From the IMG/VR virus record IMGVR_UViG_3300025849_000011: a DNA stretch of 64,000 nucleotides; one strand, given 5' to 3'. The position numbers were made by a program, and so were the translations under genes. This DNA comes from an uncultured virus (IMG/VR IMGVR_UViG_3300025849_000011). Its lineage: Duplodnaviria; Heunggongvirae; Uroviricota; Caudoviricetes. Of the stretch, positions 41,518 to 51,204 are shown in pieces. Each line of letters opens with the position of its first letter. Within the stretch, counting starts at the first letter, position 1. The notes under the pieces are model-generated. The model was given only the letters and a program-made list of their open reading frames with translations, ran no database searches and was not told the DNA's origin.

Positions 41518-42537
41518 CTAGACATTCTTTGCCAATTCCATCATTAAACTTTTAGGTGCGCCACACACATCACCTTCCCATCCTAATTGGTGACAATCAC
41601 CACCACAATATTTTGCAACAGGACAAGAAAGGCAATTGGGGTTTCTCATTTTTTCTTCAATAATAGTTCGTATTCTTCTAGGACTATTTATAAGAGTTTT
41701 AATAGAATCATCCAAAGTTCCGAATTGAAATTCTGGTGCTGAATTCGGACAACCACTTATTGTACCATCTCCATTTATTGTAAATAATTTTGTTTCACAA
41801 TCTCTACAAAAAGTGCCACACGTAGTAAGAGTTTTCTCAAACTTAGCATATACATTTTCAAGAAAGTCATTTTCAAACCAATCTCGCGCACCATATTTTT
41901 CACTTTGTTGATGCATTTTCAAAAAATAAGCATCTAATTCTTTATTAGATGGAAATATCTCTGATGCTTCTCTAGCATTACCATTATTAGTTAATCTCTC
42001 TAAGGATACTTCTTGAACCCCTAATCTTCTACACCATCTCAATAATACAATAGGGTCTTTTTCTAAAGTATCTTTAGTAAGACTAATAAACAAACGTATA
42101 GTTACACCATCTGCTAAAAGAGACTTGACGTTTTTATGCCATAAGTTATATTGTCTTTGATTATCAAATCTTATCTTACGGTCCCATGAAGTTCCTAACC
42201 TATTCCTAAGTGGGCCTTTTATAAATTCTCTATGCTGATCTTTTAATTTATATACTAAATTGGTTGTGGCTCCCCAACTCATATTATCCCAAAGACCATC
42301 ACAAGCATCATACACTTTTCTCATTTGCCCTACAGGTACAAGAAATGGTTCGCCACCATGAAACTCTAAATGAATACCATCATCCTTCGCAGGTTTTTCT
42401 TCACGAAATCTATGTATCCAATCAACTATCTTATCAGTATTCCAATAAATTTTAGCACCGTTGCTACCAGAGGTAAAACAGTGCTTACAGTTTAATTGAC
42501 AAGTTTCTGTGGTTTTAAGATATACTGACCAAAACAC
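41518..42537 (-). CDS. Radical SAM/SPASM protein (339 aa, GTG start)
   Basis: YLKTTETCQLNCKHC, FHGGEP, CGTFCRDC...GCP...CLSCPVAKYCGGDC...C. Confidence 0.92.
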   Translation of the reverse strand: MFWSVYLKTTETCQLNCKHCFTSGSNGAKIYWNTDKIVDWIHRFREEKPAKDDGIHLEFHGGEPFLVPVGQMRKVYDACDGLWDNMSWGATTNLVYKLKDQHREFIKGPLRNRLGTSWDRKIRFDNQRQYNLWHKNVKSLLADGVTIRLFISLTKDTLEKDPIVLLRWCRRLGVQEVSLERLTNNGNAREASEIFPSNKELDAYFLKMHQQSEKYGARDWFENDFLENVYAKFEKTLTTCGTFCRDCETKLFTINGDGTISGCPNSAPEFQFGTLDDSIKTLINSPRRIRTIIEEKMRNPNCLSCPVAKYCGGDCHQLGWEGDVCGAPKSLMMELAKNV

Positions 42538-43033
42538 TATTCATTTTATCCTCTATAAATTTTTCTAAGCCAAAACTCAAAGTAAGTGCTTCATGTTCAT
42601 TAAATGCTTGGTGAGGGGTATTCGCAGGAATATGTAGTGTTGCACCTTCCTTCAAAGTAAATACTGGTTCACCACCCATAGTATGACCTTCCATTGCTAT
42701 CGTTTTCATTCCTTCACAACAATATATAACGACATTATCTGGATCAGTATGTTTTTTGAATGAATGAGCATTTTTTTCAGCATAAAATAAATGACATGTT
42801 ATTGGGCCATTATGATCATACATATCTTCTAGTTCTAAACAATAAGAAAAAATCTCCGAGTTATATGCTTCCATTCTTTCAATTTTTATTGAATTTGTAT
42901 TTTTATTTGCAAGAGTATCCGCAAAATTTTTCATTAGATGTTCTCTGCCATTTTCATCTATTGCATAAACCATATTTTGTTCATACGCAAGATCACTCGC
43001 AATTATTTTTAAGAATTGACTCTTAGTAAGCAT
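42515..43033 (-). CDS. JmjC/cupin-type Fe(II)/2OG hydroxylase (172 aa)
   Basis: SFKKHTD...VIYCCEGMK...LHIPANTPHQA...LSFG (HxD...H), Cupin_4/YcfD-like pattern. Confidence 0.8.
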   Translation of the reverse strand: MLTKSQFLKIIASDLAYEQNMVYAIDENGREHLMKNFADTLANKNTNSIKIERMEAYNSEIFSYCLELEDMYDHNGPITCHLFYAEKNAHSFKKHTDPDNVVIYCCEGMKTIAMEGHTMGGEPVFTLKEGATLHIPANTPHQAFNEHEALTLSFGLEKFIEDKMNSVLVSIS

Positions 43034-43059
43034 AACAAAATCCTTTAATGACTAAGACT

Positions 43060-43088
43060 ATTATAAACTACATAGCCTAAAATGTCAA
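43060..43088 (-). promoter_or_regulatory. Perfect sigma70 consensus promoter upstream of the radical SAM cassette
   Basis: TTGACA (43088-43083), 17-bp spacer, TATAAT (43065-43060), then AGGA SD and ATG 43033. Confidence 0.9.
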
Positions 43089-43096
43089 TATGTAAT

Positions 43097-44299
43097 TTAG
43101 AGTTTAAGGACACACTCAATCATTTTTTCACCCTCAAAATCATTACTTTCAAGAGCGAGACCTACTAATTCTGCACCATTAAACTCTGAACTAGCAACAC
43201 CATCACGCCAAGTATATACTGCCTCACCTTTTCTAATTTGACCATTTACTCTTACGGGAACCCTACCTTTAAGTGCAAGTGCTTGTCCTTCTGCTTCTGC
43301 ATTCATAAGAAATGCTGGCTCTGCTGAAACGACTCCAATTGGAATACCAGAAGTGGTACATCTTGTAGTTTCACCAGTTGGCCCAAAATTTACCATCATA
43401 ACAGTGCCTATTGGATAATCTTCATCTGTGGTATATTTTTCCGCAAGGTCAGCAAAATTAGCAGATGTAGCATTACCATGAAAAGTTGTTGCGTACATAT
43501 TTGCGTATTTAAACGATGAACTACCCACACTGTAAGAGTTATCTGTGTCTGGAACAATATGCCCACCGTGATTTATTTGACCATTAAATGTTGATGTAAC
43601 AGAAAGAGCGGAAGTCCCAACAGTAACCGTATTGTAAAAAGTACTAGTTCCATTATATACTCTTGTACCAGTGTATGATGTGGAAACATTATTTCTTACA
43701 AGAGATGGGTCCATTGCTTCTAATGGTATTGTAGTACCATCAGTCACTATTTTACTAGCAGGAATATCAGGTATTCTTCCTATTAGAAAAGTTCCCCTAT
43801 TAATTTTACTAGTATGTAAAGATGGAATACGATCACTATCAAATTGCCCAGCAGTGGTTTGATTTGCAGATAGATATGGTAATCTAGCAGTTGCTAATGT
43901 TCCAGTTGTTATAACCCCAGCATCTATTGCTGGTATTAATGATGGATTAATAGTTCCAGTTGTTAATTTTCCAGCATCTAAATTAGGAATATCGTTTGCC
44001 GTGAGTGGATTACATGTGAATGTAAATACCCCACCACCAATACCTGCTGAATCTGTATAAGATAAACTTGAATATGTACCAGACCCACCAGTTGATAATG
44101 CTAATGCAGTTCTTGCTAATCCTTGCACTTCACCATTAACAGCAAATTTACTTTCAATTGAATTTACTGCACCGACAATACTTCCACTATCAGTTGTATT
44201 TAAATCATCTAAATCACCTATATAAGTTGCAGTAAGGTTTGTTTTCATTCTCCAAGCATTTACTGAATTACTGAGATCAACATTTTCTAATCTAGCCAT
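43097..44299 (-). CDS. Tail fibre protein with C-terminal peptidase G2/IMC-like autocleavage domain (likely start MARLENV)
   Basis: IPxLDAxKxTTG repeats; ADLAEKY...GTV...IGVVS.EPAFLMN...ALKGRVPV motif. Confidence 0.75.
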   Translation of the reverse strand: MARLENVDLSNSVNAWRMKTNLTATYIGDLDDLNTTDSGSIVGAVNSIESKFAVNGEVQGLARTALALSTGGSGTYSSLSYTDSAGIGGGVFTFTCNPLTANDIPNLDAGKLTTGTINPSLIPAIDAGVITTGTLATARLPYLSANQTTAGQFDSDRIPSLHTSKINRGTFLIGRIPDIPASKIVTDGTTIPLEAMDPSLVRNNVSTSYTGTRVYNGTSTFYNTVTVGTSALSVTSTFNGQINHGGHIVPDTDNSYSVGSSSFKYANMYATTFHGNATSANFADLAEKYTTDEDYPIGTVMMVNFGPTGETTRCTTSGIPIGVVSAEPAFLMNAEAEGQALALKGRVPVRVNGQIRKGEAVYTWRDGVASSEFNGAELVGLALESNDFEGEKMIECVLKL

Positions 44300-44519
44300 T
44301 AGTGTCACCTAACTTTCTGGAAATTTCTACAAGCAGATTTTTCATATCCGCTACTTCTGATTTTAATACTTGAAATTCTTCTTTTTCTTCTCGCATTTTT
44401 TTCTTTCTTGCCTTCGCTTTTTCAATTTCTACAAGATCACTATTAATTATAGCACCAGATTCTAAATCTTTGACATAATTTTTTTCACCTTGAATTTTAG
44501 AAAATAACATATTAATCAC
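44292..44519 (-). CDS. Small coiled-coil hypothetical protein (75 aa)
   Basis: KDLESGAIIN...LKSEVADMKNLL; overlaps both neighbours in operon style. Confidence 0.7.
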   Translation of the reverse strand: MINMLFSKIQGEKNYVKDLESGAIINSDLVEIEKAKARKKKMREEKEEFQVLKSEVADMKNLLVEISRKLGDTNG

Positions 44520-47500
44520 CTAAACTTATTGCTCTTAAATCACGGATGGCTGGAACTCTAGAAGAATTTGTTGACTTCATTACTATTTTTAATTTAAATT
44601 TAGTAAAATCTGGCATTGTGCCTGTATCACCGCCAATAGTGTAAATATATTCTCTAAAAGTAACAAAGTCATTATCACTTGGCATAGGAGTATCTATCTT
44701 TGCTAAACTCCAAGGAACACTATCAAATTCAACATCACCCATTTGTGCCTTATAATACAACTCAACTTCGCAAACTGATGGCCTATTAATACCAGCAAAA
44801 ACTTTCAAACCATTTGCTGGAGAGAGTAATCTTACAGATTTTGTGATATGTTTTGCTGATGCTGAACCGTTCAAGGGATCAGTCTCTGCCTTATATGTTT
44901 CATATCCAGAAGTGGCTACATCAAGAACAACCTTACTTCCACCACTAGTTGCTTGTGAAACTGGACTATCAATAATATTTTCAATTAAATTAACAGATGC
45001 TCTTTGCAAATCAATAACAGGAGAAACAAAATTAGATGTTGTTTCCATATTACCGTACACAAGAAGTGAAGAATGTCCCATACTACCTTCTCTAGTTGAG
45101 TGTGCAATTGATCTTGGCGCAGCATAATAATTATTAGTTTTTGTTATGAATGGCTCTGTATTATATTGCACGTATGGGGATTCACTACCAGCATAAGATT
45201 TTCCACTAATACCTTTATGTGTAAAATTAATAGATGAACTTATAGGAGATAAGGTTTCAATATTAGGCCAAGCCAAATTGTAAGAATATTGTGGCGTTAT
45301 TGTTACGTTAGTTCCACCAGTTATAATTGGGGATAATGGTGTACCAACCGCTGCCGTTCCAGCAGGTGTGGTTATTGTAGAAGCGGCAGAAACAAATGCA
45401 AAACTATTCGCATCAACTTCTGTTACAGTATGTGCTGTTCCACCATTATTAATAGCAGCACCGTATGTTGCATTGACTACTCCAGATATTACAACACTAT
45501 CACCAACAATTAAACCGTGATTAGGAGCATTTACCTTAACTGTTGTTTTATCAATAACTGATGTTGGTGCGCCCTTACCAAATAAGGTAATAGGATTGTT
45601 ACTTAAAACTCTTACAGGAACATTGGCATTTTTGAGAGTAGCGATACCGCCAGTTGTATCAAAAGATGCTCTTTCCAATTTGAATTTCATATCTTCCCAT
45701 TGCGCTGCTTCCCAAGTTACACTGTTTTGTGATTTAAATAGTGATCCTAAAAATGGTTGTCTGTTTATTTTTTCTTCTGTAGTACCTAAAACGAATTCAC
45801 CAACCTTTGAAGTATACAGTAAATAATCAGTATTATCCGTTAAACAAACTATAGCATAGTCAGTACTATTACCTTTTAAATAAACTGGTTCATCAAACGT
45901 AAATACTGTTCCAACAGTAGCATCAGCACTTATAGAGACTTGAGCAGATGTTAGTAGTTTTTGAGAACCAGGAAGAATTACGTCAGAAGATGGATAACCA
46001 TTTACCATTGGTCTTATTTGAACCCAAACAGGCATATCAGAACTTTTTTGTTTAAAGTACAATGTGACTCTACTAACGAATACTCCAGTTTGTTCATGAA
46101 CTGTAAATGATTGTGCAAGAGGATCAATTCTTACAGTATTTTGTCCAGTGACTTCTCTGGTAACAGTTTCAGATGATGTGCCAACAACTTCTAATACTCT
46201 AGTTGTTTCAACATCCTCTTGTCTGGTATCCAATATACCAGTAGAAGTAAATACTCCAGATGCAGTGGTTATTGCTTTACTATCGTCTATGCTTGTTATA
46301 TCGGTTAATTTAAATTCTACACTACCAGTTTTAAATCTAATAGTATTTGTACTTGGAATAAAAAATGATCCTTCAATTTGACCATTTCCATCACTATATA
46401 ACTTGGATGAAGTATTAGGATGAGATGTTGAGTTAACTTGACTGTTGCCATATTCTGTTTGTTTATGCGAGTTATACGAATTAAATGATTCTTGCTTAAC
46501 CCAATCAGCAACAGAAACCCCATCAAAAAATGCGAACATTTCAGTATTTGGTTGAAGACCAGATGCTCTGAAGAAAATCATTTTAGAACGCATAAATGGA
46601 ATAAATGCCCATTGTACGAGTCTATCTCCAACAACTTCATTAACAGTACTGCTTCCAACAATCCTATTTACGACTGTGGTGTTCGTTCTTGCAATTCCTG
46701 TAGTAGTTCTTCTCCAATGTCTACGACTTGTACCAAATGCTCCACTGCGAGTAGTAAATTGACTTACATCAGTAAATGCTTCTTCACCTGTGACATTTGA
46801 TTGTGATGTTTGTGCGCCAACTTCAAGCCCATTTAGGTCAGAACCACCCCAATTCCATTCCCATTCATTCCAAAGAACTGCTGCATCAGTATTAAGTCTT
46901 GTACCACCATCAATCATATTATCAGCAAGATATTCAATTTCTTTCCAATCATCACTGGCTGGAGACATTTTAACATGCCCTCTAAATCCTATAACCATAA
47001 ATGGATTAACATTTTCAGTTCCAGATGCCAAACTCTGTTCTAAATAATCAGTATGTGTGTAATCTAAATAAATATTATCACCAACTATAGTAGTTCTAGT
47101 AGAAAGCGCATCATCATAAACTAAACCAATATTATTTGCGCTAAATTTTGGTCTTGCAAATTGTTCTTGGGGATCAATTGACCCTTTATATTCTTGATTT
47201 TTTACATCTATATGACTTTGATCAGAGAAGTTATCTGCAACGAAACCAGTTTTGGTTCTAGGGTTTCCATTTTCATCAAACACTTGAATATTTTTAGTAT
47301 CAACTTCAAGTAAAGAAAGTGTTACTTGTTCTTCTAAGTCATCCACTCTCTTATCAATTTTACCAATATCGCGCATAGTGTATCGTTTGTTTTCAATCAT
47401 GCTGAAAGTTAAATCTTTACTATTCAATGTGTATGGATTAACCCTCACGCGATAAATTTCCATAGAGTTTGATGGAACATCTGGAAATTTTGGTTCAAAT

Positions 47501-48846
47501 GATGGAGTTCCTTCAATATACTTAAATTCTCCAGATTGTTGAATTATTAATTTATCATATCTTGGTAAATAATATTCAATATCTCCTGTCATAAGAGATA
47601 TTGGTTTTGGAATTGCTGGAACTCTTGCAGACGAATGAGTGAAATTATTACCACTTTGACCTTTAGATGGTCTTAGATCAATAATATCTTTTAAATCAAC
47701 TTCTGAACCATCTTCCATAACATATGTTGGAATATTATCATAGGTAAACCCAGCACCAACATAGGAATTAGGTGCAAAGTAATCTCCTTGACCATGTTCA
47801 AAATATGTAAATGAAACCCAAATTGTAGTGTTATCTAAAGAGTGACCATTTTTTAATCTTAATTTTCCAGTTTCATAAAAGGCATCTCTCTGCCCGTTAT
47901 CCAATATAAATTTATCAGTAATAATATCACCAGTTGCATCACCATATCTAATTTCTGGAACAGATATAATATCAACTTCATTTAAATCCACTGAGACATT
48001 AGTAGCACCAGCAGTCCAAGCAACCGTATAATTTCTTGTTCCAGTTTGTTTTGTTTTTGGTGCAAGAGTGGCAGATGCTTTATATACATAAGCAATGATC
48101 GTGAATGTTTCATCTACACTTGTATCGGTAGCAACTAAACTATTAACTGTTGCTGATGAAGAGTTAAGGCTTCCACTAGTCACACCATGCGATTGAATAG
48201 TACCAGAACTATTAGATACAATCCAATCAGATATATCAGAGAAAACTTCACCAGATGCACAAGTGAATGTTAATGTTGTAGAACCAGCAGACAGTGTTGC
48301 TGCAAATTTCTTCTGCTGATAAATTGATAAATTTGTTACCGCTTTCGCTCTTGGATTTGATACTGAAAAAAGAAGTCCTTTATTGTTTGCACCATGAATA
48401 ATAGACCTAGAGTTTTGTTGATATATGTTAGCATAATCGCTAGTAGTTAAACCAACACTCTTTGCGTCAGTGGAAAAGAATTTTGTAGAGTTCATTTGAA
48501 CATCAAAAATATAAAGTTTATACGCCACCAAAGCAACACCAGAAGAGTCTACTATTTCATCATATTTTTCAATTGCTCTAACTCTACAACTACCAACAGT
48601 ATTACCACCCCAATCAACACTATCCTTAATGTGTACAACACCAAGTTCTGATATATTTGGAATACCTTTTAGACCAGAAACCGAAATAATAACATAATGC
48701 CCATATGCGGCCCCGACACTATCGTTTGTAACAGTTTCAGTTGTGGTTGATTTACTTACAGATAAAAATGTAGGGAGATTTTTCTGTATCTTGTAACCAT
48801 TAACATATGCTTTACCGGGAGAAACCCTTAGTTTAATATTCGCCAT
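44512..48846 (-). CDS. Large virion structural protein, DUF4815/VrlC-like, C-terminal part (1444 aa)
   Basis: SPGKAYVNGY, LDNGQRD.FY, YYLPRYDK, RYTMRDIGK, DPLAQSF, GSLFKSQN motifs. Confidence 0.8.
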   Translation of the reverse strand: MANIKLRVSPGKAYVNGYKIQKNLPTFLSVSKSTTTETVTNDSVGAAYGHYVIISVSGLKGIPNISELGVVHIKDSVDWGGNTVGSCRVRAIEKYDEIVDSSGVALVAYKLYIFDVQMNSTKFFSTDAKSVGLTTSDYANIYQQNSRSIIHGANNKGLLFSVSNPRAKAVTNLSIYQQKKFAATLSAGSTTLTFTCASGEVFSDISDWIVSNSSGTIQSHGVTSGSLNSSSATVNSLVATDTSVDETFTIIAYVYKASATLAPKTKQTGTRNYTVAWTAGATNVSVDLNEVDIISVPEIRYGDATGDIITDKFILDNGQRDAFYETGKLRLKNGHSLDNTTIWVSFTYFEHGQGDYFAPNSYVGAGFTYDNIPTYVMEDGSEVDLKDIIDLRPSKGQSGNNFTHSSARVPAIPKPISLMTGDIEYYLPRYDKLIIQQSGEFKYIEGTPSFEPKFPDVPSNSMEIYRVRVNPYTLNSKDLTFSMIENKRYTMRDIGKIDKRVDDLEEQVTLSLLEVDTKNIQVFDENGNPRTKTGFVADNFSDQSHIDVKNQEYKGSIDPQEQFARPKFSANNIGLVYDDALSTRTTIVGDNIYLDYTHTDYLEQSLASGTENVNPFMVIGFRGHVKMSPASDDWKEIEYLADNMIDGGTRLNTDAAVLWNEWEWNWGGSDLNGLEVGAQTSQSNVTGEEAFTDVSQFTTRSGAFGTSRRHWRRTTTGIARTNTTVVNRIVGSSTVNEVVGDRLVQWAFIPFMRSKMIFFRASGLQPNTEMFAFFDGVSVADWVKQESFNSYNSHKQTEYGNSQVNSTSHPNTSSKLYSDGNGQIEGSFFIPSTNTIRFKTGSVEFKLTDITSIDDSKAITTASGVFTSTGILDTRQEDVETTRVLEVVGTSSETVTREVTGQNTVRIDPLAQSFTVHEQTGVFVSRVTLYFKQKSSDMPVWVQIRPMVNGYPSSDVILPGSQKLLTSAQVSISADATVGTVFTFDEPVYLKGNSTDYAIVCLTDNTDYLLYTSKVGEFVLGTTEEKINRQPFLGSLFKSQNSVTWEAAQWEDMKFKLERASFDTTGGIATLKNANVPVRVLSNNPITLFGKGAPTSVIDKTTVKVNAPNHGLIVGDSVVISGVVNATYGAAINNGGTAHTVTEVDANSFAFVSAASTITTPAGTAAVGTPLSPIITGGTNVTITPQYSYNLAWPNIETLSPISSSINFTHKGISGKSYAGSESPYVQYNTEPFITKTNNYYAAPRSIAHSTREGSMGHSSLLVYGNMETTSNFVSPVIDLQRASVNLIENIIDSPVSQATSGGSKVVLDVATSGYETYKAETDPLNGSASAKHITKSVRLLSPANGLKVFAGINRPSVCEVELYYKAQMGDVEFDSVPWSLAKIDTPMPSDNDFVTFREYIYTIGGDTGTMPDFTKFKLKIVMKSTNSSRVPAIRDLRAISLGD

Positions 48847-49799
48847 TATGCGCTATCCTCGAATCTTATGAAAAACGGTGTAACTGTGTAATCTCCAGAC
48901 TCATCATTTGTTCTAACCGCCATTAAATCATTAATTAAATTATATTGATCTAATCCAGTAACTCTTTCTGCTATTTTTGAATTCACAACATTAGCAACAT
49001 ACACGAATGTTTGTCCTGATGTTATAAGGTCTTGAGTCGTAAGTACTAATTTAATTCTAAATCTATCTGCACCAGGCGCAGTTTGGTTTGGGACACTACC
49101 TTGATTATCATATAAAGTAACATCATCATCTACTGTGACGATATCTTGTTCTACCTTAAAGCCAACAACCTTTGAAATATCATTGGTATATTTTGAAAGT
49201 ATTATTTCTTGTTGAGGTGCGTGAACAAAAAAACCTTGTGTAAAAAAGTCTTGATTTCCACTTGAAAATTTGGTTCCAAAACCATATGCTGGATTAATTG
49301 TTGTATTAGTTGTTTGTACTATCAAACGAGTTGATCCATTATTCTCAACTAATTCTTCTGATGGAGAAATATTAATAGTTTCAGTTGAAGATGTGCCACT
49401 AAGTGTATTTGTATACTGAACATATAATGTGTCAGGGTCTGGAGATGATGCTAAAACAACCTCTAATATTTTTATAGTTACTCCAGAAGTTTGTCCTACA
49501 AAGGATTTACCAACTAAAGAACTTGAATTGGCTGGTAGTGCATTTGTAGATGTATCCAATTTAATAAATCGGTATCTATTATTAATTGCAACACCACCAG
49601 CAGAAACCGCTGCACCTTCTTTGAAGATGTTTTTACCAAAGCGATTGACTCCTTCTTGGATAATCGTTTGGAGTTGGGTCAGTTCTCTTGCTTGTAATGC
49701 CTTTTTATTGTTAAAGAGAATACGTTGAAAACTTTTATCTTCATCGTAGTCATCCCTATAAACATTTGCAAAAGTATTTGTGGTGAATGTCTTAACCAT
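48846..49799 (-). CDS. DUF4815/VrlC-like virion protein, N-terminal part (317 aa)
   Basis: YRDDYD..K.F.RILF...LQARELTQLQ, APGADRF, RT.DESGDY.V.PF motifs. Confidence 0.8.
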   Translation of the reverse strand: MVKTFTTNTFANVYRDDYDEDKSFQRILFNNKKALQARELTQLQTIIQEGVNRFGKNIFKEGAAVSAGGVAINNRYRFIKLDTSTNALPANSSSLVGKSFVGQTSGVTIKILEVVLASSPDPDTLYVQYTNTLSGTSSTETINISPSEELVENNGSTRLIVQTTNTTINPAYGFGTKFSSGNQDFFTQGFFVHAPQQEIILSKYTNDISKVVGFKVEQDIVTVDDDVTLYDNQGSVPNQTAPGADRFRIKLVLTTQDLITSGQTFVYVANVVNSKIAERVTGLDQYNLINDLMAVRTNDESGDYTVTPFFIRFEDSA

Positions 49800-49814
49800 T
49801 ATAGTTTCTTTCTA

Positions 49815-51191
49815 TCAAGTACAATTGTCTAGTTTAATAACTATTTTAATATCTTCAGTTTGATTGGCAACTCTAGCCACCGCTGCTCTATTATCTATGT
49901 ATAAAACATCACCAGACCTTGGATGTACCTCTGGTTTAATTTTAGAAGAGTTGGAAGATATGACTCCACTTCCAGACCCACCATCTTCATTAACAGTTTC
50001 ACCATCAACAAACGAAACATAGCCCGTTGAATCAAATTGATGATAAAATAGATTGCTATCAACTACGTTGTCAAGAAATGCTCTCGCCCCACTTGTAGCA
50101 CCTACAACATATCTATCTTTAGTAAATCCCACACTTGGTGTTACTTTCATTTGATATAGAGTATTTCCAGAATTGGAATTAAAGTGTTTACCAGTTGATC
50201 CATGAGAATCTTTTAAGTTTTTCATAATTCCAATTTGTCTGAAGTCTTGTCCAGTTATGAAGTCTGTTTGATTTCCAGTAATTTTTGAATTTATCATTAT
50301 AGACTTAGCACGTAAATCAACAGAAGCATTCGCACCAATACCTCTTGCATTTGAAAATACAGGTCTAATTGAGGCTGTTGAACCTGTAGCATGTATAGTT
50401 GTTAATATTGCACCATCTAAATCATCTTGGGTATGGAAGGTGCTAGAGTCTGATGCAAACATTACTTTCTTTATCACACCACCACTAGTTGTTACCAATA
50501 TGTTACCGTCAAGTACACCATTAACTTGTACTCTACAAGAATCTGTATAATTTAAACCACCACTATCTACAATAAATGAAGTAATTTCGCTACGTCTTGC
50601 GGTTTGTTGGATAGCGTATTGTTTATTCTCAGCCCCAGTTGAATTCGAATCAACACTCTCTATGTGTCTGATGGGCATCCAATCTTGGGTCATATAATAA
50701 TTAGCCTCTAAAGGAGAGACACTGTATAAAAATTTCCATCTATATCCATCGGATGTGCCAATTACATGATTATTTTGTCCAGTTGGTTTTATAGTAGATG
50801 GTACTGTTGCACCAACAGAATTTCTACCTGTTACCAAACAAATATAAACATCTTGAGCATCAGTCATAACATAATATGGAATGCCATCAGAATCATATTG
50901 ATTCATAGTTCTTTCATCATCATATTGAGCATAAGTCACACCACTTGTCCAATTTTGTCTTTTAACAACAAGTGATGCGGAATTGATTTTTATTATACTC
51001 TGTAATCCTTTTCGGAAATCATTTTCTTCATCAACATCTTGTCTTGGTGCTGGTGCTAAATCACCACCGTTACCCCAAGATTGAGATTTTGATAATCCTA
51101 GATAAAAAGATGGACTAACACCAGTAGTAATATTTTTCAACACTGGTTGAATTAGTTCTTGCTTGAGGGTTTCCGTTACAATTGATGCCAT
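49815..51191 (-). CDS. gp8: Baseplate wedge protein gp8-like
   Basis: WTSGVTY..YD, YYVMT...VYICL, PTG, DGYRWKFLY, SGDVLYIDNR...QTEDIKIV; synteny. Confidence 0.85.
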   Translation of the reverse strand: MASIVTETLKQELIQPVLKNITTGVSPSFYLGLSKSQSWGNGGDLAPAPRQDVDEENDFRKGLQSIIKINSASLVVKRQNWTSGVTYAQYDDERTMNQYDSDGIPYYVMTDAQDVYICLVTGRNSVGATVPSTIKPTGQNNHVIGTSDGYRWKFLYSVSPLEANYYMTQDWMPIRHIESVDSNSTGAENKQYAIQQTARRSEITSFIVDSGGLNYTDSCRVQVNGVLDGNILVTTSGGVIKKVMFASDSSTFHTQDDLDGAILTTIHATGSTASIRPVFSNARGIGANASVDLRAKSIMINSKITGNQTDFITGQDFRQIGIMKNLKDSHGSTGKHFNSNSGNTLYQMKVTPSVGFTKDRYVVGATSGARAFLDNVVDSNLFYHQFDSTGYVSFVDGETVNEDGGSGSGVISSNSSKIKPEVHPRSGDVLYIDNRAAVARVANQTEDIKIVIKLDNCT

Positions 51192-51204
51192 ATTATTTCC
51201 TACT

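Noticed and set aside
32721..43033. 7-deazaguanine/queuosine DNA-modification cluster or NrdG activase
   Set aside because: No QueC, QueD, FolE, DpdA or NrdD motifs recognised, and the rSAMs have SPASM-like tails. Nucleotide modification cannot be fully excluded without the rest of the genome
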